64,000 bases of DNA, taken from assembly GCA_951406725.2 (NCBI GenBank), contig OX597820.1:115816001-115880000 (forward strand), read 5' to 3'. Position 1 is the first letter of the stretch; each line of letters opens with the position of its first letter. Under the pieces are notes generated by a model, which was not told the DNA's origin, ran no database searches, and saw only the letters and a list, made by a program, of their open reading frames with translations. Shown here piece after piece: positions 42,855 to 57,800 of this stretch. The position numbers and the translations under genes were made by a program. This DNA comes from Octopus vulgaris. Lineage: Eukaryota.

Positions 42855-45800
42855 AAATACATCATCATCATTATCATTGACAAGGTGCGAGTGAGCAGAA
42901 TTGTTGCCATTCTGAACAAAATGCTTCGTGGCATTTCTTCCAGCACTTTATGTTCTGTGTTCAAATTCTGCTGAGGTCAACTTTGCCTTTAAACCTTTTG
43001 GGATCAATACAAATAAATACCAGTTATGCACTGGGGTTGATGAAATCAACTTCCTCCTTCCCTCAAAATTACTAGCCTTGTGCCTATAGTAGAAAGAATT
43101 ATTATTATTATTATTATTATTGATGACTGACTTAATGTCTTTTATCAAAACACCCATATCTTTTTATTTAAAAAATCTATTTATGATGAAATTTGTGGTT
43201 ATAGGGTTATATATTTTTCTAAAAGCCACTGAGTTTATAAATTCACCTTTTGACCAAATGGTTTTTTTATGTTATTTTACCACTGAGGTCAGCTAATCAA
43301 ACACCCAATGTTGGCAAGTCAAAATAGGATATTTATTCATGTATAATATGCAGTGAAGGGCAATCTTGGTGATTTTAGTCACTTATTCACCATGGAAACC
43401 AGGTAACCAGCCTTATGGGTTCCAGGGCTGAAGAGAAATTTATAAAAACAATATTCTACAGGAAAGATATTTTTTCTAGGATTTTATTGATCATAATCAA
43501 GGGTGTGCATTATACACAAGTGCATCATCATCATCATCATTTAACATCTGTTTTCCATGCTGGCATGGGTTGGATGGTTTGACAGGAGCCTCACCAGGTT
43601 CCACTGTCTGCTTTAGCATGGTTTCCACAGTTGGCTGCCCCTCCTAACACCAACCACTTTACAGAGTGTTCTGGGTGCTTTTTATGTGGCACCAGCACCA
43701 ACAAGTGCATATTATACGCAATTATAGTGCCACAAAACATATTTGTTTCTGTTTTAGCATTTATCTTGTGTTATGTGAAGTCTGTTTGTTTCATTGTAGC
43801 CACCAAGATGTTGCATCCTGTTGATGCATCTCTTGGTCTAACATTGGAGGGCCAGTGTTACCATTATCTGGGTTCAGAAAGACTGGTTTTCTGAGATGGA
43901 GAATGGTAATAGGAAGTGGAATAGGAACTCAGAATATAAAGAATCAAAACAGACATCATCTTGAATCATCTTGTCTGCTGCTTTGTTTTGAGATCTGCTC
44001 TTGTCTGATCCATTCACTGTTTCACTTTCCTACTAACTTGGAACGGTACTTTAATTGACCCACAAAAAGAAAGAAAAAAAAATAAAAGGCAAAGTTGACC
44101 TCCTGTGGATTTGAACTCAGATCACAGGTAACCAGAATAAATACTGAACTCGTTCTCTCTCTCTGATGCTCTAACAATTTCTCACAATTTACTACTTTAA
44201 TACAAAAAGAAAAAAAAAAAAAACTGTTTTTACAAACCAATTAAAAAAAGATATGAGACTGATTGTTTTTTCCACTCACACCTGGAATTGGATTAATTAA
44301 ATTTTGTGAGTCATTTTCTTCCGTCCAAATTTGTTAAACTGAAACATTGAAATAATGTTTAATAGGTCTTTGGATTCACTTGTGCCAAATTTTAGTCTTT
44401 TGAAAGTCTAAATACTTTTCCAAAATATAAGCATCCATATAACCAAACCATTTCTCAATTGTATTTTCTGGAACATGAAGTGAATAAGAGACAAATCTCT
44501 TTGAGAACAGCCTCTTGGTCTAGCACAGGCATCTCTCCAACTGGGGAAACTGAACACAGCCTTGCAGTTTGACAGTTAAGGCCTGGCTGGGTAGTTAAGA
44601 AGTTTGCTTTCCAACCACATGCTTTCAGGTTCAATCTCACTGCATAGCACCTTGGGCAAGTCTCTTATACTATAACCCCAGGCTTTGTGAGTTGATTTGG
44701 TAGATGGAAACTGAAGGAAGTGTGTATGTGTATATATGTATTTATGCATGTGTGAGAGAGAGAGAGAGAGAGATAGTACATTTGTGTCTCCTTGTCTTGA
44801 GATCACATAATGTTGTAAATGATTGTCATTCATTTTCATTCTTCTGGGAAAGTGTTACCATGGAAACAGGTGAGGGTTGGTGACAGGAAGGGTATCCAGC
44901 CATAGAAAATCTGCCTCAATAAGCTCCGTCCAACCCATGCTGTCATGGAAAAGTGAATGTTGAAATGATAATGATGTTTGCCTCAGTGTTACTGCTGATG
45001 ATAGTGAGATGTAATTTTCATGGTACTCTGTTGAGAGTGAAGTACCTTGCTCACAGACAAGCTGCAGTGCTATAGATTTGAACAGAATCTTCAACCTGTC
45101 ACCTATTCCTTTAATTTCCATTTAATCAAGCCATCTGTCCACTAATTAAACAGACAATTATCATTTAGCAATACTTTCAGACTTTTCCTCTAACCAGAAT
45201 TAGCTATTGTAAGGTAAGAAATACATGGTTTGATTTTCTGATAGAATATAAAGAAACGGTTACCAGTGGGAGCTGTCAGCCTTCTGAAGAAATGCATTTG
45301 ATGCTTAGAAGTATTTCAGAATGTAAACAGAAAGAAAAGTGAAACAATATTATAGTTAAAATTAAAAGTGAAAGAATAAAAGTATAACAACAATATATCA
45401 CATTACAATATAGATGTTATTGTTTCACTTTTGACATGTAAAACAGAACCAGTCTAAGAGATTGCTTTGGACTCAGATTAGGCAAGAAGTTGAAAATTTT
45501 TTTGGCGTATGACACTCCATGGATCCGAAGTAATGCATGTGTAAAATTTGAATGAAATTGGTTGGGTGGTTCTCGAGTTTTAGGGCTTCACATATTCTCA
45601 GTTTTATATATATAGATAGATTACTATTAAAAAGGTGGTGAGCTGGCAGAATCGTTAGCACACCAGACAAAATGCTTAGCAGTATTTCACCCTTCCTTAC
45701 ATTCTGAGTTCAATTCCTCCAAGGTCGACTTTGCCTTTCATCCTCTCAGGGTTGATAAATCAAGTACCAGTGAAACACTGGGGTTGATGTAATCAACTAG

Positions 45801-46803
45801 TCCCCCTCCCCCAAAATTTCAGGCCTTGTGCCTTTAATAGAAAATATTATTATTCATTTATTCACTTAACTTCTTCCAATTTACCAATATCATCTCTCAG
45901 CGCCATTTCACAGCTTTCCTCAATGCATGATCTGCTCCAAGTATGGCTACCAATTGAATACTTTGTATGAAGTTTGGTTTTTGCAGCTTTCAATACCTAT
46001 TTATTTACTACCCACACGGGGCTAAACACAGAGGGGACAAACAAGGACAGACAAACGGATTAAGTCGATTATATTGACCCCGAAAGGATGAAAGGCGAAG
46101 TCGACCTCAATACCAGAATATTGCTGTCTTTGAGATGGTCCCAAGTGCACCAATCACAATAGGTACCACAATCACTTTTGAGGCTACATTATTACTTCCG
46201 CCTTAGCAAAGGCAGAGGTATTATTTTCAGTTGTGTTTGTCCATGGACAAGATATCTCAAGAACCACTCTGATGGATTTGGATGAAACTTTCAGGGATGT
46301 TTGACCTCACAACTAGCACGAGCTGAATAGATTTATCAATCCGGTACTGGACAAGGATTCTGGATTATTTTTCCTGTTTTTTACTTAATTTTTGAGAGCA
46401 GTTGGGTTCATTTTTAGTATTCTTGTTTGTGAGAGCAGTTGAGTTTATTTCAGATATTCTCATTTTAAAAATCATCTCTGGCTAATCGTTGAAAGGACGA
46501 TGGTGTTGTCTTGGTGGAGATTTGCGCTCTCTGAGTGCTTTTGTTATTATTATTATTAAGGTGGCGAGCTGGCAGAATCATTAGCATGCCTGACAAAATG
46601 CTTAGCAGCATTTCGCCCATCACTACGTTCTGAGTTCAAATTCTGCTGAGGTCAACTTTGCTTTTCATCCTTTCAGGATCAATAAAATAAATACCAGTTG
46701 AACACTGGGGTAATTCACTCGTCCCTTCTCCTAAAATTGCTGCCATTGTGGCAAAATTTGAAACCTTTATTATTACTATTATTATTATTATTATTATTAT
46801 TAC

Positions 46804-46836
<33 letters not shown>

Positions 46837-47359
46837 CATTATTATTATTATTATCATTATTATTATTAAATAGCAAATGTTATTTACATGGAAAATTAAT
46901 TGATAATATCTCAGTTGATTTATTAATTGTTCCTCTTTACGGCAAAGGAGAATAATTGTACATTATAAAAGCAATATATATATTTTATACCAAAGACCTG
47001 AAGACATTGATTTATTTCTGGAAATTTCTTCGTTAATAAAAACCAAAAAAAAACCTGTTCAACTATTTATCAGTTTTCTTGTCGTTCATTTAGAGACCAA
47101 ACAGTTTTATTTTTTTTCTCTGTCGAACAAATAAAGGTTTATGTTCTTACATTCCTCCATGCCATGTGAACCAATTTGTAAAGGAAAAACAATAGGCGTA
47201 GGAGTGGCTGTGTGGTAAGTAGCTTGCCTACCAACCACATGGTTCTGGGTTCAGTCCCACTGCATGGCACCTTGGGCAAGTGTCTTCTGCTATAGCTTCG
47301 GGCCAACCAAAGCCTTGTGAGTGGATTTGGTAGACGGAAACTGAAAGAAGCCCGTCGTA

Positions 47360-47396
<37 letters not shown>

Positions 47397-48029
47397 GTTT
47401 GTGTGTCTATGCTTGTCTCCCCAACATCGCTTGACAACCGATGCTGGTGTGTTTACGGCCCCGTAACTTAGCGGTTCGGCAAAAGAGACCAATAGAATAA
47501 GTACTAGGCTTACAAAGAATAAGTCCTGGGGTCGATTTGCTCTTACTAAAGGCGGTGCTCCAGCATGGCCACAGTCAAAATGACTGAAACAAGTAAAAGA
47601 GTAAAAGAAAAAGAGTCTGTATATCTATCATGATCATCATCAGCAGCAGCAGCAGTGTCATTTAATGTCCGTTTCTATGGTGATATTGTTTGGATATTTC
47701 AACAGGATCTGATGAGCTTGGGGGCTGCAATGGTCTCTGATGTCTGCTTTGGCAAAGTTTATACAGCTGGATAACCTTCCTAATGTCCACCATTTTTACA
47801 GAGTGTACTGGGTGCTTTTTTATGTAGCACCAACACCGGCGACCCCTTGACAGGGTTAGGTACAGTATTGAGGGAGGAGGCTTTGTGGCAAGTATTGAGA
47901 GACAAAAGTATGAGTAAAGGGTCAGGAACCAGCATTAAGAAAAGCATCCAGCCATAGAAACAAGACTTTCGAGCAAGATTTGTAGGATTTATCACAACAT
48001 AAAGTCCATACCAGCCTGGAGATTAGATG

Positions 48030-48043
48030 TTAAATGATGATGA

Positions 48044-48134
<91 letters not shown>

Positions 48135-48141
48135 GTATATA

Positions 48142-48191
<50 letters not shown>

Positions 48192-49212
48192 TACATGTAT
48201 ACATGTATATATATATGTATATATATATGTATATACATATATATAGACCGGAGTAAGCACATAAATGTGAAACAAGGTGGAAAAAAGAGTACTCAAATAC
48301 CAGAGGTAGAGTAATTTAAAAGCAGCAGAAATATAACACAAGAGTTTCACGTTTCCATTCATGGGAACATGAAACTCTGAGTAACAGCTTGTGTTATATT
48401 TCTGCTGCTTTTAAATAAAGTGTATACATACATACATACATATATATATATATGTTTTTGTCTCATTTGGTCTAAAGTCGTATGACAACCACCGTTATAT
48501 ATATTTTGTTTCTTCATTACTGTTTTCAATTTCGTTTTCGTCTCTTGTATTCACATCCGTCTTGTGCGTTCACATTCCTGTCTTCTACCAAGAAATCTAA
48601 TGCTTACAGCTTAGTTTTTTTTCTTGGGGCTGGCCGAGTTGGAGCAAATATCAGAATTGAACAGCCGAAATTTGCCATGATGATTCGGTGTCTGACTGAA
48701 GATTGAAGGCTTCGAATGATTTGTCTGTGTTCCGTGTTCGTCCCTTCCTGTATTTCACGTTCATTATATATAAAAACATTCATTCATTTATATATATATA
48801 TATATTGATAAAAACGGTAAGACAACAAAAGAAAAAAAGAGACCTCAATATTATGTAAATAGAGGAATTTATCTGTAAATGTAACATGTGCCAATTATTC
48901 GATGATAAAATAATTGCCGTATATAACATTTACAGATATATATGTGTGTGTGTGGTGACTACAAGATTGTGGGTTCAATTCCTAGACCAGGCATCGCACT
49001 GTGTTCTTGAGCAAAGCACTTCATTTCACGTTGCTCTGCGATCATTTCAACATCTGATTTGTGGCACCCATTGCACCTGTGCAGGTAATGTCCACATAGA
49101 GTGAGCTTATGTCCACATAAACATTTGATCTCTATAAACAAATCATATGTGTGGTTGTCCGATAAGAAATTGTCAAACACTTAAACGTTGTCTAACAACA
49201 GGAGAGTCCACC

Positions 49213-49245
<33 letters not shown>

Positions 49246-49263
49246 TATATATATGTACATAAG

Positions 49264-49296
<33 letters not shown>

Positions 49297-49489
49297 GCAT
49301 ATATGTATATATATATATGCATATATATATATATGTATATATATATATGTGCATATATATATATATACATATATATATGTACATAAGTATATATATATAT
49401 GTATGTATATTATATATATATTATATATATATAAACATATATATATGTACATAAGTATATATATATATATACATATATATATGTACATA

Positions 49490-49522
<33 letters not shown>

Positions 49523-49527
49523 TATAT

Positions 49528-49601
<74 letters not shown>

Positions 49602-49950
49602 TATATATATATTATATACATATTATATATATATAATATATATATATAAATATTATATATATATATATCATCATCATCATCATCGTTTAACGTCCTTTTT
49701 CCGCGCTAGCACGGGTTGGACGGTTCGACTGGGGTCTGGGAAGCCAGGGGCTGCACCAGGCTCCAGTCTGATCTGGCAGTGTTTCTACAGTTGGATGCCC
49801 TTCCTAACGCCAACCACTCCGCGAGTGTAGTGGGTGCTTTTTACGTGCCACCTATATATATATATATATGTATATGTATATATATATATGTATATGTATA
49901 TATATATATGTATATGTATATATATATATACATATATACATATATATATA
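48030..49950. repeat. Long (TA)n/(TG)n microsatellite fields (48045-48245, 49213-49668, 49853-49950)
   Basis: Direct inspection; these give the YI-repeat ORFs in the track. Confidence 0.95.
48247..48420. mobile_element. Second copy of the 40050-40248 foldback/pLTR-like element; hammerhead CTGACGA lost
   Basis: Shares GGGAAC(G/A)TGAAACTC(A/T)GAGTAACAG and TTTAAAAGCAGCAGAAA arms; the flank CCGGAGTAAGCACATAAATGTGAAACAAGG is the reverse complement of ~40219-40248. Confidence 0.7.
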
Positions 49951-50218
49951 GTTGAATAAGAAATAGAAAATATTTGCTACAGTATTATATATTTGAAAAA
50001 ATTAATAGAAATGGCTTTTCTGATAATTCAATAACTGGATGTTTGTAAGTTTACAAAATGGTGACTGATCAGAATTTCTCGCTTAAAAACAGTCTTCAAA
50101 CTGGTATTTTATAATTTCTTATTCACTGTTAAAATAGGAGTGTTTAATTACAAACATACACTCACACAAACAAACACTAACACACACCTTTTTCTGATAA
50201 TTTTTCCCACTTTAATAA

Positions 50219-52522
50219 CACTGGTAAACAATATTAAATGCATTATACTCATTATGAATGCAAACCAACATTTTTAGACTAATTTTTCACTCCATTTGTA
50301 TGCAGCATGTATCAGGTTTTCAGTAGATATATGCAAATATTTACATAATTGTATATATGAAATCATTAGCATAATAAATAAGGACATGTTATTTTCAGAA
50401 TGTAAATGAGTTTATTGAGTTTAAAATCCTCACTATCGTTCTACAAAGAGTGAATGCACAGAAAATGGGTCAGACAAAAGAGACAAAGTTAGAACAACAG
50501 AGTTAGAAACATTGTGATTTGGATTTTCTGCAGTGTACCTGATCTGTTTGATCATGGTAAAGTGTCCAGCAGTAGTCAGCCAGCATACTGTTATTCCAAG
50601 AAGCCTTGGAGCTGTTTCTCCACAGCACTAATGTCCTGGTGAAATCTTTCACTATGTTCATCAGACACTGCTCCAAGGTTATTTGTGAAGAAATCCGAAT
50701 GGGAGTCCAAAAAGTGAACTTTCAGTGACATGCGACAACATATTGCTGAGTGACATTTCAGAAGATTCTTGATGCCATCCTTGGAGTCCATTGCCTTCTT
50801 GTTGCCCAAGAAATTCTCACAGATCCAATTGGATACATTCCAGGCAGGCAGTTCCAGTTCCTCAAGTGTTATCTTGAAGTTGGCATCTTTGAGTACTTCT
50901 CTAATTTGGGGTCCGACAAAGATACCCTCTTTCAACTTTGCCTGTGTGATTTTGGGTAACCTTTCTACAATATACTCAAACCCTCTGGCATTTCTCTTCC
51001 CTTCTGTCTTTACAAACTGTTTCATCAGTCCAAGCTTTATGTTCAAAGGAGGCAATAGGACATTACATGCATCTACAAGAGGTGTATTCTTGATGCTAGA
51101 CAGTCCTTATCTGTCAGTTTGACAATTCTGCTGTTGATGCACTTGTTCTTGTCTGCCAATTTGATTCCGAATAATGTCTGTCAGTTTCCCGACTGCATTC
51201 TCATTAACATTTCAATGACTTTTAAATCTCCACATATTTTCCATGAGTGTCTTTCATAGTCAATGGCATGAAGTAAAAGTTGCATACTCTCATATAATTC
51301 ATGAAGATCAACACCATGTACAATAGGAATTGAGGGCTTCTAATTACCATTATGGAGACGTACAGCTTTTAAACTTCATTTTGAAGAGTCAATAAACAAA
51401 CGCCACTCTGTAGGATCATGATTTTGTGATAAACAATCGAAAAGTCCATCAATGTTACTGCAAAAGCAAAACAGGCCTTCAACATAAAAACACATTTGTA
51501 GAACCACATTTCTCTGCTGGAAATAAGTTTTATGAACACCGTGCTCTAGCAGATAATTCTCCTTCAGTCTTGATGCCAACAGTTCTGCTTTATCTTTTGA
51601 GAGGGATAGTTCTCTGACAAAGTCATTCAGTTCAGCTTGGGAAAATTTCTGAGGTTTAAAGCTATTGTCATCAGCCATGTAATCTTCCTTGGTAGCACTA
51701 TCGTGACAGTCAGCATCATCATCTGATGTTTCAATGCCATCATCTGGTGGAACTGGAATTGGCAGACTTCCATTGTGAGGCACAGGTCTCATTGCAGAAT
51801 CCAAATTGGGATACACAATTTTGTGTTTATTCTTCATAGAAACTCCTGTGATACTTACTTTGCAAAAATAATGGCCTTTTGGCTCCCTCCATACCATTGG
51901 AATGGCAAAAGGCATGGACTTCTTATTGAACTAGTCACATAAGCCATTTAAGCTAGCTGAGCAGATAAAAAGTGGTGTCCAAGAGGACAGTCAAAGTATA
52001 GATTGTAAATCTTCTTGATCTCTGGTGCTATTGTACGTTTTTGAGGTTTCACAATAAATTGTCCACAGACACAATAAAACACATCAGGATGATTTCTACA
52101 CTGTCTTGGCATTGTTAACACTGTAAAACAAGTAAGGAAACAGATACAAACGGTTATACTTATATTGAATTTGAGATGATGAAATATTTCATCAGACCAA
52201 TTATGACTGGACAATTTGAGATGTTGAGATACCTATTTCATCAGACAAAACTTGATTAGTTAATTTAAGATGATGAAATATTGCATCTGAACTATGCAGC
52301 AATGAATAATGTGGTTTATTTTAAAAGTATGTTTCCTTGATGTAAATGAAATACATACATACACGTCATTAATTGGAATTTCTATATAATGCATGAGCTA
52401 TAACCAAAAAACTTTCTCATCTTGAAAACTATACATGATGTCAAAAAACTAATTGTATATTTGAAATCAGAATAAAAAACTACACTAAGCACACCTTGAT
52501 GAAAAATACCTGTTGACTAGTG
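50219..52522 (-). mobile_element. Chapaev3-type (CMC) DNA transposon, full-length but with a broken transposase
   Basis: TIR CACTGGTAAACA / CACTAGTCAACA, TAA TSD on both sides; fragments CRNHPDVFYCVCG, MPFAIPMVWREP, EWRLFIDSSK, PPLNIKLGLMKQFVK, LKEGIFVGPQIR, MSLKVHFLDSH...SDEHSERFHQDI. Confidence 0.8.
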
Positions 52523-52919
52523 TAATCAGTTGTTTATGAGTTTACAAAAGGTGAATCTGATGGGAGTTTCTCACGTGAAACTGGTCTTCAAACGGACATT
52601 TCACTGTTTAAATGAAGAGTGTTGAATTACAAACATGCACACACACACATACATACATACAAACACTAACACATACCAACACACACATATGTCCATACAT
52701 AAACATATAGAGAAATATACACATACATAAACATGTACACACACACACACACACACAGAAGCACAAATACACACATCCATGTATTTATTCACATATATTC
52801 ATATATATATGTGTGTGTGTGTATGTATATATATATATATATATATATCTAAATGTTAAATCCTCCTTCTTTCTTTCCTTTCCTGAGCGTCCAATAACAC
52901 TATACTTGTGTTTTCTCTT

Positions 52920-52964
<45 letters not shown>

Positions 52965-53139
52965 CCAAACAAAAAAAAGAGAATTAAGTGGATCAAGAAT
53001 AAAGAAAAGGATCTACTTAATTCTCCGTCTCCCCTCCCCTTTTTTTGGTGTATATGTATGTATGTATGTATATATATATATGTTAGACAGAATAAGATAA
53101 CAAATCCAAGGCTGTGAGGAGATTTCAGGACATTTATAA

Positions 53140-53340
53140 TGAAATAGTCTAGAGGCTGCTATGATAGATTCAAAGTTGGGTGGGGTGGAATAGGATAGCT
53201 TCAGGGTGGATCTATTAAAGATAGAGTAATATTGATGTTGATGAGGGAAGTTGAAGTCCAGTATTTTAAAAAAGGATTTAGCTAAGTTCTTAACATTAAG
53301 TGAGAAGTGGGGTGTATACCATAGAATAGAGCATCCACCA
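53140..53340 (-). mobile_element. Second Naiad-type Penelope-like fragment
   Basis: Minus strand reads ILWYTPHFSLNVKNLAKSF...LDFNFPHQHQYYSIFNRSTLKLSYST, homologous to the 38200-38380 segment. Confidence 0.6.
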
Positions 53341-54849
53341 CTTTTTTTGTTTTTTTGGTGTTTAGGGGTAGTGCTATCTATATTTTTGGAGACTGGAGTG
53401 GGGTAGCATGGCCTGTTGTTGTTAGCTGTTTTAGAATGTGTGTGTGAATATATGTGAATGAATACAAAGATATGTGTGTTTGTGTTTCTCTGTGTGCATG
53501 TATGTGTAAGGTCCTATGTTTTATGTGTGTATACATTTTTATAAACTCACACACACAAATGCAAGAACAACTTTGGTTCACTTCTCAGCAGCACAGTCTC
53601 AGGTTCCAGCCTCCTGCACAGCATCTTCAGCAAAGCTTCAGGTTGACCAATATTTCATGAATTTATTGCATATTTGACAAGATTGAGTACAGAAATATAT
53701 GAATTTAGCTGAAAACCAAGAGAATCTGGTGGGAGAAAGTTCAGAGTGATTTGGTGTAAAATCACTCAGTAATGCTGTTGATGAGATGGAAGAGAATTCA
53801 AATAGACCTTCATATTGGTTCAGCCTAGATAGATAAGTAAAATCCATGAGATCTCTAGTGAAACCCTCACAAGTAATGAGTTGGAAAGTGAAGGTAGTTC
53901 TTTACAGCTGTTTCTGGGGTGAGGTGTTCATTAGAAGCAGTTACATGGATTGTGTTAACATATACATAAAGTAGATCAGTGCAATTTACACTAGATGAAC
54001 CAGCACAGGTGTAAATTATGCAAACAACCGAACCTGTTGTTAGAAGAGAAATAAACTTATGCTGTGAGATTGCAATATATATAAAGAGATATAAATAGAT
54101 AGGTAGTCTAATCAGATAAAGGCAAGGATATTAATGTAATAGACATTATATTGTTGGAAAAGAATAAAAGACAAACAAGAAATGATGGACGAAGATAATA
54201 GAAAAATGTTGAAAAGAAAGAGAAAGAATCTGAATTGTTGAATGCACGAATGCAAGAGCATGTTTAGATGGATCTGAATCCAACAGAACAGAACACCATG
54301 AAAGACTGTCAGAACAAAAACCAAACATTGGCTGCAAGTGGGTCAGCAGGTTATGAATGGTGAGATATAGTTAAAGATGTTGCAAGTTTTAATCAACCTG
54401 AGTTTGCAGGGTGAAAATTTATTTCAACAAAATGAAATGCTGTATTCAGCTGTTGTTTAATCTTTGAGTGTTTGTGTATGAAATGTGCAGACGAAATGCA
54501 GAGAAGAGAGAGCATATATAATAAAAAAGCAGAGAAAAGAAATTTTTTTTTCTGTATTTGTGCATGCATAAAAAGCAACATGTCTCCATTTAAAAAATAA
54601 AGGTGTGTCCATGTATGAACAATGGAAATGCAGAATAAAAAGGTACGCAATACGAAAAAATATGTAACCAAGATGGAGATGACAAACCCATTCATATACA
54701 GAAATAATCAGTTGCCAGGAATTTGAGGGAGATGCAAAAAATATAGAGAATTCATTCAGTTTGTGTCATCTCCTGTTGTTTTTTAAATGATTGTTAACTG
54801 CAATTCTGTGTGGAACGTGGTGTGGAGATACCTGCAGAAAAATGTAATG

Positions 54850-57800
54850 ATACAGGCGGGTCGGCTTGACGAGGTGATAAAGTGGCCTCTCACTCAATGT
54901 GAGTCTTCTTCAGGTGATTGATGCTGAATTTCTGCTAGCATCCAGAGTGAAGTACTTGGGTGTTCTGGTTAGAACTATGAAAGGACTTCATGAAGTGGTT
55001 GATGTTCTATGAACAAGAAACAACAAATGGCAGATAGGACATGTAGCGCCACAGATGGTGGATGGAGTTCAATGGATTCAGGAAATTTTGAGGTGAGGCA
55101 AGGCCGATCATTTGACCAGATAGCACCAATGTTGTGCCTTGTACAAAATTGACTGATGTAGAACCAATTCCTTCTGTGAGAGTGGAATGAATTCCAAGGA
55201 TAAGAGGAGAGTATTTCAGCCAAATGCTCAGTTGTTGGTGGAATCACTTGAACATGCCATTAACATCAAGAGAAATGTCTGTTTCCAGCCAACAAGTATC
55301 AGTTCTGTTGACAGTTTGATTCAAACTGGTGACCTCTCTCTGTTGTGAACTAGCACTTTAGCAATAGTTTCTGGCCATAGTACCTGACAGAGGGATGGCT
55401 TCAGATGGTCAATGAGAAAACCAATCTATGCAAGTCAAAAGGTATGTAAAGTTTTGAGAAGTGGGCAGTGGTGCTACACAACCAATAAGTACATGCTGAA
55501 AGCAAGCATCAGGTGTTGTGTAAGTGTCCAGGGGTGATTTAGCATGGTGATAAGCTTTTGTCTTGTGACAATGGACGTAATTCCTGGCCCATTTCCTGGT
55601 ATGTTTGTCGATTTTTGTGGTGGGTGATTTAGTATTACTCTCCGATCAAATAAGCCAAGCAGAAACCCTTCCCCATAGTCTAAGATTCAGCTAAAGTATT
55701 AGTCCATGCTAACTCAAACAAAACAGAATATACAAGCTTTAATCAAAAGGGAACAATTAAAACAGTATCTGGTACACCTCTCAACTGTGTTGAAGAATTC
55801 ATTTATCAAGGTAGCAAAATCTCCAGCAGCAAAGGGGATGTAAACAAATGCATTGGTAAAGTCCAGGTTCCATTGACAAGTTATCCCTAGAGAGGAAATC
55901 TAAGACTTCCAGACAACACGAAAAGGAACCTCTTCCAAGCAATTGTTACCACTGTTCTGTTGTATGGCTGCTCGGCACAGATCCTTACTTCAAAATTGGA
56001 AAGAAGATTGGCTGGAACATATACTTGTATGCTAAGAGTGGCTTCGAATGTCGCCTGATGAGATTGTCTGACCAATGAGCAATTGTATGGGAACTTTCAT
56101 CCAGTATCAGACATCATCAAAGAGTGTAGATTTACAGATTCACAGGACATTACTGGAGAGCTAAAGAGTAAATTTTTAGCGAAGTGCTTTTGTGGGAGCC
56201 TAAACGAGGAAGAAACAGCAGAGAATGGCAAGCCAAGATCTATATCGAGCAGATTTGTGATGACACAAGCTGCAATTCCTCTGACCTGTCAAATTTGATG
56301 AACAATAGAATTGGATGGCGCCAGAGAGTCACAGAAGTGACCAGATGATGATGATGTTACAAGTCCACACAAACGACAGATATCAACTTCAAGGTGGAGT
56401 TGGAACCAGGGTATGATAGTTTGTGGTGAGCCAAGGAAACCGAATGTCTGTGTTTCTGTGATACACAGGGATGTTTGTGACCGACAGAGATGTCATTCTA
56501 TATATAATCACGAGAAAAAGACAGAAGAAGTTTGAAAGTTAAAAAAGATGAATTTTGAAAATTAGGATGACCAATATAAAAGAGTCAGTTAATAACTTCT
56601 TGAATTTTAAGAAAGGCAGCAAACTCTGCATCATTGAAAGTAATGGGTTGGTTCTTATGTGAACGGTTGCGTGAGAGGTTAAAGGTGTTTCACACAATAT
56701 GAAATAAATCAACGATGGAATTTGATCAAGCTGAGAACCTCTCTTAGTTTACTCAGCTATGTAGGTGCAGGTGTTAAGAGGATGAATGCCTTCTTTATCA
56801 AAATGATGTTTCCAGGAAATCTAGAGAAGAAACCCCAAAAGGGTATTTCCTGGGGTTGGTAATGACGCCGTATTCAGAAATACAATTGTAAAGAAACTGC
56901 AGATGCTTCTCCTGTCTGTCTTCAATTGCAAAGGCTACTGGCAGATCAGTAACAGATGCATAGAAGAATGGTAATCTGTGAACTATATTATTGATGAAAT
57001 GCTGGAAGGTTGATGAAACACTGTGTAAACCAAAAGGCATCCTGAGGAATTCAAAAAGCCTAAAAAGTCAGTTTCATGGGTATTTGAGAATTAGCATGGA
57101 TGAAGTTAATTTTTGAAGACTCTCTAGCACCATGCAGAGTGGAAGAAAAGTCCTGTATATGAGGCACAAGGTACTTGATGGGTCCCATACATATGTTTAA
57201 AATCTGTTAGTCACCACAAGGTCACCAGTAAATTTTTGCGGGTCAACATGAAGGAATGAAGATCAATTGCTGTTAGGTGGATGAATTATGCTTAGTTCTA
57301 ACATGTGTTCAAACTCTGCTTTGGCACTCTTAGCATGATTAGGAGCAAGTTGCTGGAAATGAGAAACCACTGGAGGTCCTTTTGTAATGATTTGGAGAGT
57401 CAAAGAGTGAGTCACAAGATAGTTTTGGAAAATAGGGCAAGAGATATTGGAATCATCATCATCAGCGTTTAACATCCTTCTTCCATGCTGGCGTGGGTGG
57501 ATGGTTTGACAGGAGCCTGCGCCAGACTTCTGTGTCAGTTTTGGCAGGGTTTTTACAGCTAGATGCCCTTCCTGACACCAACCACTCCGTAGAGTGGACT
57601 GAGTGCTTTTTACATGGCACAAGCACAAGCGAGGTCAGTTTTGGCAAGGTTTTTACGGCTGGATGCCCTTCCAAATGCCAACCACTTTACAGTGTGAAGT
57701 GGATGCTTTTTAAGTGGCAAAATGGCATCATACTTTCTTGGACAAAAATGGTTCAAGAACAGGACCTCAAGTGTTAATGCCATGACCATTTAGACCAGCG

